Assembly (NCBI GenBank): GCA_002269645.1
Contig: NIVC01001070.1
Location: 58,492 to 122,491 of the forward strand
DNA from: Macrostomum lignano
Lineage: Eukaryota
Length of the DNA: 64,000 nucleotides
Reading direction: 5' to 3'
The position numbers and the translations under genes were made by a program. The notes under the pieces are model-generated. The model saw only the letters and a program-made list of their open reading frames with translations, had not been told where the DNA came from and made no database searches. This document shows positions 11,340-21,618 of this stretch, piece by piece (within the stretch, counting starts at the first letter, position 1; each line of letters begins with the position of its first letter).

Positions 11340-13810
11340 AACAGTTATGCAAACTGAAACAGACATATCAGCAGTGTAATAAATCCGCTTTTCTTTTGTT
11401 TATTCATTTACTGCCTTTTTAATTTCCTATTTAATTAGCATTTAATTAATATTTAATTAGTTTCCTATCTAATACCTATTTAAATTGTCGCTATTCGTTT
11501 AACGTAAATTTCTTTCGAAGTTCGTTTTTGTTCATTTTTCGTTCGTTTTTCACGCTTTGAAATATTGCGCGCTTGCAAAATACTATATCTTTTTACAAAA
11601 AAACGCTCTTTCAAATACCTTAATAATTTTACAAATATCGTAACTCGCATCGTAACTCGTGTAAAAATTTAACCTTTTGAACAAATTTAACCTTTTGAAC
11701 TTAATCGTAATTAAACAACTAATACTAAAATAACTTAAATACACAGAAATATACTGGCCAAACAGGCTTCTTGCCTGAGCCAACTTACTACTACTACTAC
11801 TTTGTGTATAGTCCTGCGCTCTGGGTGTTGGTCTTAGTACCCGTAGGCTTGGTGGCATTAGCATTATATTATCGTCTCAGATTACCCTTTGGTAAATAGT
11901 TGGCATTGCCATACTGCTTCTGACCTACTCGCCATTATTCAGACTACTAGCTAGCAATTGAGTTGTTAAATTAATAATACGTATATTGGCCTAGGACAAG
12001 ATCAACACTCAGACTCAGCACGCGCACGCGCATCAGTCCCATGTTCTCGAACTAAATAAACTCGTCACATAAATTTCAAAAATTTCTAATATTTTGAGTA
12101 ATTTTAGGCTTAAACTTAATGGGAAGATCTAGAAAGTAGGACTTAAACGATAAGGAAGTTTGATAATTGAATATACGCTCGAAATTTATTTGCGTAGTCT
12201 TTAAAGCGTGCAGGATTTATCTTAAGGACAGGCTAAATTATTAGCTATTTGCGGTTAATTTATTTTTCACATCAAGGCTTATAATACCATAAAGTGCATT
12301 AATTAATTTTGTGTACGAGTACAATTCATTCAGTTCTGGATTGTTGTTGTCTCTGTTGAAATGTACTTTGTACTCGTATTAATAATTTATTGTTCTACTT
12401 GCAATGTTGTCGGAATATTTTAAGACGTATAAAATAAGGCCATAAGATAGTTTCTGCTAAGTGAGAGAGTTCAAGATGACCAAGTGAGTTTGGATAACTG
12501 AAAAGTATTTGGCCAAATAGGTTTGTCGTCTTATTTCATTCAGCCGAATAAAACAACGCAAATTTTTTTAAGACGTGACATCTGTGCAATTACTCTGACA
12601 TCAGTGACACCGGTGTGTCGTGTCACAGAGACAAGAGAGGAGAGATGATAGGGAAGAAGGGAGAGAATAAGAGGGGAAGAAGAGAGAAGAGAGCAGAAAA
12701 GAGACACAATAAACCTTAAGCGAGTAGGATTGCTATTGCGAAGTTTCAAAAGGACCCGAGTAGGATATATGTCAAACCATCGCATTATTTATAAGTTTTC
12801 CCCACGCAACCAAGTTTCCCCAGGTTGAATCCCGCGGCTTCAAATAATTTCCAAAGAAGACTTTTAGGGCGGCCTGCACTCACCCTTTACAATGCGTCAT
12901 CAAGTTAATGTGGCTTTGTGGCTTTTTGCAAGACTTCAGCTGTACAGAACTGCTATAAACTCAACCACGCTTTGATAACACCGTAAATTTCCTAATTTCC
13001 TAGCATAAAAACCTAAATCCTTTTCTAAATGGCCCTACAATAGTCCCTACATTATATTATATTAAATGTGATCCTTATACAGGGCGGGAGAAGTCATTTG
13101 ATATCAGTCATTTTGACTAGTTTAGGTTAAAGTGATTAGGGATCGTCCAGTCAAGTACAATTTTCGCGCGCATCGGACCGCCGTTCGAGCTCTTCAGTTG
13201 CTATGCTCCTTGGGGTCGGCCGCTGCTCCTCACTCTCCGGTCGGCCCGATCTCTCGCCGTCTTGCTTTGCTTGGCACCGAGCCAACTGGCTCTGTCTGTA
13301 CCTCAGCTGGCGCTGACGTCATCTCTCTTTGCCAGGCATCCGGAATGGGTGGTGGCTTTTTCACTCTTGTCATGCTTATGTTTCATCGTCATCAACCTCC
13401 ACTTGTTTCAGGCACCTTATTTTTTCAGCTTCACTTATTGCTCTCCGAACCTAACCTCAGCTCGCTTTGGATTCATTTACTTTGGCTACATTTTATGTGG
13501 CCTACACTCGTATTCTCGCAAAATACCAAGCCGTTATACAAAAATTTTCATATGCATATATGTATAGAACAGTTTAGCTCGAGAACAAGGGGGGGTAAAG
13601 ATAAACTTTGAAAAAAGATCGATAATTTCGAAAGTAGCGAAAAATAACGCTTATGAAATAGCAGGCAGCTAGAATACTGTATGCAGACTCATTTTCGAAA
13701 CATCTAGCCACTGTAGCAAAGGTTTCGGATGCACTGGCTTCGACTGACTCACGACATTGCGACTTTCAGTATTAGACGGCATCAGTCCCCCCCAAACCCT
13801 GTGTGAGCTC

Positions 13811-13817
13811 TATATAA
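13811..13817 (+). promoter_or_regulatory. TATA box candidate for the fibrinogen-domain gene
   Basis: TATATAA about 125 nt upstream of ATG 13940. Confidence 0.45.
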
Positions 13818-13939
13818 GCCGGTGCAGCGCACAGCCCGCATTTCGCTTCTGACTTGGCTGCGTCCACACACTGCGATACGCATCAGAATTCCATTGTGCA
13901 AATCAAAGCAAAAAAAGTCAACCGGCCTTGCATCTAGCC

Positions 13940-15074
13940 ATGCAGCTCTTTCAGTTGCGAGTTTCTGCAGCGTCGGCTCTGCTGCTCTGCTCGCTGGCAG
14001 CCGGCCAGGTCTCCCAGTGCGCTCCCGCTGACTCTCCGCGGCTCCGCTTCGTGGCGCAGCTCAGCGTGAACGGCTGCGCGCTGTTCGTGCACGACACGGG
14101 AGCGAGCGACGGTCCGCACTTGGCAGTCGAGCCGCTCATGTGCGTGACGGACAGCCTGAGAGGCATTGTTCCCCGATTCGACTTCATCACCCAGCAGCTG
14201 TACTTCAGCGTTCCTGTATTGATGAGGGATGCTGGGATGCTCGCAGAGGCTCAGCGTCAACTGCGGCATCTGTCACCGAGGTCTGTGAGCTTCGCCACGG
14301 TGACCAACATCAGCGTCTCAGCCGACACCCGCTCATCGGTTCGGGTTTTGAGTTCTTGTGGACTCCGGATGAGCAGTAGCCACTCTGAGACTCGGCTTCA
14401 AAATGATTATTTCAAAGAAAATCCAAGTTTCAGTTTCAGAACTGGTACACAAAAGTTTTTCGCTGCAGAACTGGCAGTCAGCAAATACCCAGCTGAAGCG
14501 CAGTGATGACTTTGGAAGCTCACCACAAGAGGCTCTTGAAAAAAGTGAAGATATCAGCTTTTATCGTTTCAAACGGATCTTGTCATGAGGTTCAGAGCCG
14601 CGTCCTGCTGCAAAACGACAGCATTTTCGATCTGGACTTGCACCGGCAAAGATTCTCCCCTCTGCCGACATGCCGACAGCTGAAATTCATCCGCACCGTC
14701 AATCTCGAGAACTGCTCTGCCCGAGTGCACCAGAGACTCGACATCAAGGGCCACTTCCTCATCGAGCCTCTTCTGTGCCACAACATCTCCAGCTTGAGCA
14801 GCGAGTCAGTCAGGTATGACTACAGCCGAGACGTGCACTACCTGAAGCTGGATCTGGTGCTGCAAGATGAGGCCACACGCGATGCTGTGAGGACTCAGTT
14901 GGCCGACTTGTCGCCTCGCTCGGTCGATTTCATGCGGCTGTGGACTGCTGAGAGATCGGTGAGCTCTTCGTTGAGTGCTCGGTTCGAGGTCGGTCCGCTG
15001 ATGGCGTCGGCAGACTGGAGGTCCGCTCAGCTGCGGCTGCTCTGCGGAAACTTGAGGAGTTGCCGCAAACTCAG
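13940..15074 (+). CDS. 5' coding region of a secreted fibrinogen-related (FReD) protein; join between the two ORFs unresolved
   Basis: Signal-peptide-like MQLFQLRVSAASALLLCSLAAG. ORFs 13940-14506 and 14503-15074 are in different frames, so an intron or frameshift is needed. Donor AG|GTCAGC at 15075. Confidence 0.55.
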
Positions 15075-15177
15075 GTCAGCGTGTTTGCTGTCGATAAAGA
15101 TTTTCTTTTCACGATCTATTTATCAAAGCGCGTTTTTGCACGTATAAAATAATTTTATGTATTTTCACTAAATTCAG

Positions 15178-15515
15178 GACTGCACTTTTGGCGGAGCCCG
15201 CTGACCTGTGGCGACACGTGCAGTGGCGGGTGACATCGCTGGTTGCTGAGCAGTGCCTCTCCAATTCCAGCCGAATCACTTCATCATGGAGAATGAAACG
15301 TCTGAAGATGCAGAGCTGCTCCAGTTTGAAATCCTGCGCCAGACTGCAATGCGCCTCTGCTCAGCGCACAGCGGGTTCTTCCAGTGCGGTTCAACTGCAG
15401 CCAGACGGTCGCTGCTTCCTGAAGATTCAGCAGCGACTTACTGGCATAGTGAGTTTCCAACGAAGCTGGACTGAGTACGAGACTGGGTTCGGTGACGGCA
15501 CTGACTTCTGGATCG
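15178..15515 (+). CDS. FReD gene exon with start of the fibrinogen C-terminal domain
   Basis: Acceptor AATTCAG, phase 2. Encodes IQQRLTGIVSFQRSWTEYETGFGDGTDFWI. Donor G|GTGGGC. Confidence 0.85.
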
Positions 15516-15868
15516 GTGGGCGGCAGTTTTGTACCAGCTAATATTGTGTGTCAGTAGTGGGAGCAGATTTTGAACCGCTCCTTCTAAACGAAGGCTAGGT
15601 GACTCATTCTAAGTGAATGGCGGAATGCATTAAACTGATGATGGAATGTTGATTGAAGGATTGGCTGCTCAGCTGATTAAAAATGTTTTTTTTAAAGTTA
15701 AAAACATGTTACTGTCATCAGGATCACTGGTGTTCTGGAGGCTGCTGCCATTTTCGAGTGCGACAAAAAGATGAGACCATCAATTCTTTTATTTTTTGTT
15801 TCAGGAGACCTGAATCCATACTCCATGTTTTAAGATGATTTTGAGTTTTACCATGAACATAAAATATA

Positions 15869-16609
15869 GCATTTTGCAGCCCATTTGGGCTTACGCGCAT
15901 TTAATTTAATCCAAGATACGTTTGCCAATGTAACAGAGCTTTTGTCTATGGTAGCAGGGCTGGCGCAGCGGCATTTGATTTGGTCCAACAGGCATCCATT
16001 TGGTCCAAACACTCGTGAGCCATTGGACAAACTCTTGCCTTCTCTCAACCGTCTGCAGGTTGTTGCGCACCGCTGGAATGTCAGCGTCTCTACCAAAAAT
16101 TTTCAGTTGCTTTTCCAGAGCTCTGCTGATAGTCGAAATCTGATAACCAACTGGAGCTGTTCCCTCAACTTCTGCTGCATTTCGGCAACGTCAACAAAGG
16201 GTTCGTCTCTACTGCATCGAGTAGCAGTTGGACCTGAGGCTCTCGAGCAACTTTCCTTGGCGATTGCCACCCTTTCGCAGGCAATCTCTGCCGGCAGAGT
16301 TTCAAGGCGCTGCTGGATGCTGTAAACCACCTTTCCTTTTACATTCAGCAACCTTGCAATGTCCTTTGGGTGTTCACCTCCGTCGAGTGCTTCGATCACA
16401 AGCCAATGACATTCGTTCAACAGCCTAGCATATGGTCCACAATTCTGGGACTGAGCTGCAAATGAACTAAATGGACCAAATTGATGCTTGTTGGACTAAA
16501 TTAAATGCCGCTGTGCCAGCCTTGCTACCATAGAAAAAAGCTCCATTACTTTGACAAACATATCTTGGATTAAATTCGATGCGCGTAAGCCCAAATGGGA
16601 TGCAAAAAG
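15869..16609 (-). mobile_element. Tc1/mariner-like deletion derivative in the FReD intron
   Basis: About 140-bp imperfect TIRs (15869-16007 and 16472-16609), flanked by TA. The internal ORF starts with an HTH-like segment (LVIEALDGGEHPKDIARLLNVKGKVVYSI). Confidence 0.7.
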
Positions 16610-17272
16610 TATATTTATTTGCATGTTTTCAGTGAAACCAAAGTATTGCGAAGGAGTTACCTGGTTAAAAATCGGTTAGTGGCTGAGTTGGTATCGCTCG
16701 CTTCAAGCATTGACAGAAGAAAGACCATGGAGGTGCATTTCAAATACACACATTTTTCCTTTGTCTGGATCTCCAAAAAATATTAAACCAATTGCCATGA
16801 AAAGCCTGGGGAACGAAAGCAAAAACGAACCTTCGCATTTTTTCTTTAATAATGCCAAATTACAATTTACCGGTATTATTCTTCGTGTGACATGTTTCGC
16901 CGAACAATCGGCATCTTCAGGCAATAATATAAATGCAGAGAGATGGTAAATTTTTAAAGTCTAGTAAGCCAAAATGATGCAGGTGGTGCATGAGCTTGAA
17001 GCTGCGGGAGAACGGGAGCACAATAACTGGTATTTTCAATTTATCATCGCAAAAAATCATAGCTATATATGAATCAGCAGAATTCATTTGCGCATTAATC
17101 CAGATTGCCAGCACAAAAATGCTAAAGTTAAACTGAATTTATCTGCACTATCTTCAGTGTAACACCCTGTGCGTTTTCATCAATTATGACTCATCTGAAA
17201 TGCCACTCACCTGACAGCAGCGGCGACAAGCCGAGCAGAAGTGACTCAGACTCAGCCGCTCTCCTCCCGCAG

Positions 17273-17691
17273 GTCTCTCCGCCATCCACTCGCTCAGCCA
17301 GGGCGGCGTCACCCTCAGAGTGGAGATGAAGCTGTGGAACGGCTCTGAGCTGCATGCGGAGTACGCGGGATTCCAGGTGGGAGACGCCAGCACTGGGTAT
17401 CGGATGACGTACCGAGAGATGCTGAGGGACAGGTCCAGTGTCAGCTTTGACGCTTTGGAGCGCCACAAAGGCATGCGGTTCTCCACAATGGACAGGGACA
17501 ATGACAAAGCGAGTTACTCATGCTCAAAAAAACAGGGAAAAGGAGGCTGGTGGTTCAACTACTGTCATAACTTCAACCCTAACGGAGTTTTTTCTTGTCG
17601 ATGGAAGATAACAGATCACAGCTATATGTGCTGGTACTCTCGCCCTGTCTGGCTGTCTCTTTGTGAAGTGCGGCTGATGCTGCAGATTTGA
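17273..17691 (+). CDS. FReD gene last exon (fibrinogen C-terminal domain)
   Basis: Acceptor CTCCTCCCGCAG, phase 1, giving FWIG-LSAIHSL. Encodes LRVEM...FSTMDRDND...GGWWFNYC...NPNG. Confidence 0.88.
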
Positions 17692-18003
17692 GCATCAAAA
17701 TTGAGCAACTCAACAATGCACTCTGCTGAATGAAATAAAATTGTATCGAGTCGGAGTTTTACTAAATTGTTATTTTTAGTAAAACTAAAATGTTCATGCA
17801 AATATGTCGCTACAAAACAATGCTGTCTGAAATCTCCCTAATAGCAAGAGCTTTAATTTTATGGACAGAAACTGAATACATTTTTGCCAGTTTTAACTCA
17901 ACAAACCTAAGTTAATGGACGCAAACTATTTTGAACAATAAACAAACAAGAAAAGGTCAGCAAGTAATCTACGAATCAACTATTCTATCCGTCCTGTGTT
18001 TTT

Positions 18004-18840
18004 TGTTCTATCAGTATTGTGCTGTCTGTTCTATCAGTATTGTGCTGTCTGTTATATCAGTATTGTGCTGTCTGTTCTATCAGTATTGTGCTGTCTGTTA
18101 TATCAGTATTGTGCTGTCTGTTCTATCAGTATTGTGCTGTCTGTTCTATCAGTATTGTGCTGTCTGTTCTATCAGTATTGTGCTGTCTGTTCTATCAGTA
18201 TTGTGCTGTCTGTTCTATCAGTATTGTGCTGTCTGTTCTATCAGTATTGTGCTGTCTGTTCTATCAGTATTGTGCTGTCTGTTCTATCAGTATTGTGCTG
18301 TCTGTTCTATCAGTATTGTGCTGTCTGTTCTATCAGTATTGTGCTGTCTGTTCTATCAGTATTGTGCTGTCTGTTCTATCAGTATTGTGCTGTCTGTTCT
18401 ATCAGTATTGTGCTGTCTGTTCTATCAGTATTGTGCTGTCTGTTCTATCAGTATTGTGCTGTCTGTTCTATCAGTATTGTGCTGTCTGTTCTATCAGTAT
18501 TGTGCTGTCTGTTCTATCAGTATTGTGCTGTCTGTTCTATCAGTATTGTGCTGTCTGTTCTATCAGTATTGTGCTGTCTGTTCTATCAGTATTGTGCTGT
18601 CTGTTCTATCAGTATTGTGCTGTCTGTTCTATCAGTATTGTGCTGTCTGTTCTATCAGTATTGTGCTGTCTGTTCTATCAGTATTGTGCTGTCTGTTCTA
18701 TCAGTATTGTGCTGTCTGTTCTATCAGTATTGTGCTGTCTGTTCTATCAGTATTGTGCTGTCCGTTCTATCAGTATTGTGCTGTCTGTTCTATCAGTATT
18801 GTGTTCTCTGTTCTATCAGTATTGTGCTGTCTATTCTATT
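18004..18840. repeat. 23-bp minisatellite, about 36 units; target of the Gypsy insertion
   Basis: Tandem TGTTCTATCAGTATTGTGCTGTC. Confidence 0.97.
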
Positions 18841-21398
18841 TGTTGTAACCCGGGTCGGCTTGGGTGCCCAGTCCCGAGTACAATATATATTATATGTGAT
18901 ATAACAGGCGTTGTGACGCTCTGTCTGTACTTTTATGAATACGACGAGCAGGCGTGGCGACGCTCTGCGATAATAATTCGATCCCTCTGGTGTTGTGACA
19001 CTCAGAGTTCACGCTGCGGCTCGAGGTGTGGTGACACTCTCGAGTGCTTCTATTCTCTATACCGTAGGGCGTACGCAATATATATGGTAAACGGTACCGT
19101 ACTACAGAAGCTATATGGTCTCCCGGCGTTATGACGCTCTGGCAAGAATTCGGCCTAGCAAGCTTCCCGAAAAGAAAGGACTCAAACAGCAGGCGGCTTA
19201 CCAGTGGCCAGATGACTGTTCACCGTTTATTATTCGCAGGTCTCAAGCGCAGTTTCCGACTTCTTCTTAATTCTCCAAGACTCTTCTCAATTAGGCTATT
19301 GTGTTTCTTTTATCGAAGTGGCTAATGTTGCTGTTTCTTTTATCCAAGTAGCTAATGTTGCTGTTTCTTTTATCGAAGTAGCTAATGTTGCTGTTTCTTT
19401 TATCGAAGTAGCTAATGTTGCTGTTTCTTTTATCGAAGTAGCTAATGTTGCTGTTTCTTTTATCCAAGTAGCTAATGTTGCTGTTTCTTTTATCGAAGTA
19501 GCTAATGTTGCTGTTTCTTTTATCGAAGTAGCTAATGTTGCTGTTTCTTTTATCGAAGTAGCTAATGTTGCTGTTTCTTTTATCGAAGTGGCTAATGTTG
19601 CTGTTTCTTTTATCGAAGTAGCTAATGTTGCTGTTTCTTTTATCGAAGTAGCTAATGTTGCTGTTTCTTTTATCGAAGTAGCTAATGTTGCTGTTTCTTT
19701 TATCGAAGTAGCTAATGTTGCTGTTTCTTTTATCGAAGTAGCTAATGTTGCTGTTTCTTTTATCGAAGTGGCTAATGTTGCTGTTTCTTTTATCGAAGTA
19801 GCTAATGTTGCTGTTTCTTTTATCCAAGTAGCTAATGTTGCTGTTTCTTTTATCGAAGTAGCTAATGTTGCTGTTTCTTTTATCGAAGTGGCTAATGTTG
19901 CTGTTTCTTTTATCGAAGTAGCTAATGTTGCTGTTTCTTTTATCCAAGTAGCTAATGTTGCTGTTTCTTTTATCGAAGTAGCTAATGTTGCTGTTTCTTT
20001 TATCGAAGTAGCTAATGTTGCTGTTTCTTTTATCGAAGTAGCTAATGTTGCTGTTTCTTTTATCGAAGTGGCTAATGTTGCTGTTTCTTTTATCCAAGTA
20101 GCTAATGTTGCTGTTTCTTTTATCCAAGTAGCTAATGTTGCTGTTTCTTTTATCGAAGTAGCTAATGTTGCTGTTTCTTTTATCGAAGTAGCTAATGTTG
20201 CTGTTTCTTTTATCGAAGTAGCTAATGTTGCTGTTTCTTTTATCCAAGTAGCTAATGTTGCTGTTTCTTTTATCCAAGTAGCTAATGTTGCTGTTTCTTT
20301 TTATCGAAGTGGCTAATGTTGCTGTTTCTTTTATCGAAGTAGCTAATGTTGCTGTTTCTTTTATCGAAGTAGCTAATGTTGCTGTTTCTTTTATCGAAGT
20401 GGCTAATGTTGCTGTTTCTTTTATCGAAGTAGCTAATGTTGCTGTTTCTTTTATCGAAGTAGCTAATGTTGCTGTTTCTTTTATCCAAGTAGCTAATGTT
20501 GCTGTTTCTTTTATCGAAGTAGCTAATGTTGCTGTTTCTTTTATCGAAGTGGCTAATGTTGCTGTTTCTTTTATCGAAGTAGCTAATGTTGCTGTTTCTT
20601 TTATCCAAGTAGCTAATGTTGCTGTTTCTTTTATCGAAGTAGCTAATGTTGCTGTTTCTTTTATCGAAGTAGCTAATGTTGCTGTTTCTTTTATCGAAGT
20701 AGCTAATGTTGCTGTTTCTTTTATCGAAGTGGCTAATGTTGCTGTTTCTTTTATCCAAGTAGCTAATGTTGCTGTTTCTTTTATCGAAGTAGCTAATGTT
20801 GCTGTTTCTTTTATCGAAGTAGCTAATGTTGCTGTTTCTTTTATCGAAGTAGCTAATGTTGCTGTTTCTTTTATCGAAGTAGCTAATGTTGCTGTTTCTT
20901 TTATCCAAGTAGCTAATGTTGCTGTTTCTTTTATCGAAGTAGCTAATGTTGCTGTTTCTTTTATCCAAGTAGCTAATGTTGCTGTTTCTTTTATCGAAGT
21001 AGCTAATGTTGCTGTTTCTTTTATCGAAGTAGCTAATGTTGCTGTTTCTTTTATCAAAACACCAAAACACAAAAAGCACGCAGGAGGTGGGCAAGAGCCA
21101 GAGTCGCACCATAAATAGCACCCAAACCCTGGGGCAGACGGCCCCACCGGCTAAGCTCACCAAAACAAACCACGCCGGCCAGCTAATCAAAACCCCGCCT
21201 AAGGGGGGGAGGGGCAGCACCCGCGCCAAAGCTGGCCCGGCCGCAGCCAACCAGCCCTGAGCACGGGGCAGGGGCACGGCTGGGGAGGGGCACGCGCAAA
21301 GCCCGGCCGGCGGCCAAACCCTGCCACGCCTGCCAACCCCCCCAACCAGCCCCAAAGTGCAACGCGCCCTGCCAACTGACAAGGGCGCATGCACTACA
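18841..21398 (-). repeat. Gypsy 3' LTR (2558 bp) containing an internal 30-bp array
   Basis: Minus strand starts TGTAGTG right after the PPT and ends TTACAACA. 18841-19301 matches 28975-29435, and 21056-21398 matches 40388-40730. Confidence 0.92.
19302..21055. repeat. 30-bp satellite array inside the 3' LTR, about 58 units
   Basis: Unit GATAAAAGAAACAGCAACATTAGCTACTTC (minus strand) with C/G and CTA/CCA variants. Confidence 0.97.
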
Positions 21399-21410
21399 CC
21401 CTCCCCTCCT
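21399..21410 (-). promoter_or_regulatory. Gypsy polypurine tract
   Basis: AGGAGGGGAGGG immediately before the TG of the 3' LTR. Confidence 0.88.
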
Positions 21411-21618
21411 AAAAAAAACAGGGCGGAGCTCGAACCACGGCGACTGGGATTCCAAATTTCAAATAACAAAGCAAAAAAAATCAAAAACAACAAAAAAATT
21501 GGAAACAAACTAATGCAAAAAAAGAAAAATGGTTGCCGCAAAAGAAATATAAAAAAAATACTGGTTTTCTGCACGCAAGTTCGTCAGAGCAACCACGGGG
21601 CACGGAATAGGCTTTACA

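Noticed and set aside
12590-12800. Possible solo LTR (purine-rich tract, AATAAA, repeated CGAGTAGGAT)
   Set aside because: No clear TG..CA ends, TSD or second copy in the window.
13132-13611. Hydrophobic ORFs suggesting a membrane protein
   Set aside because: No recognisable family, start context or splice structure.
17931-19134. Cys/Leu-rich ORFs in three frames
   Set aside because: Translations of the 23-bp minisatellite.
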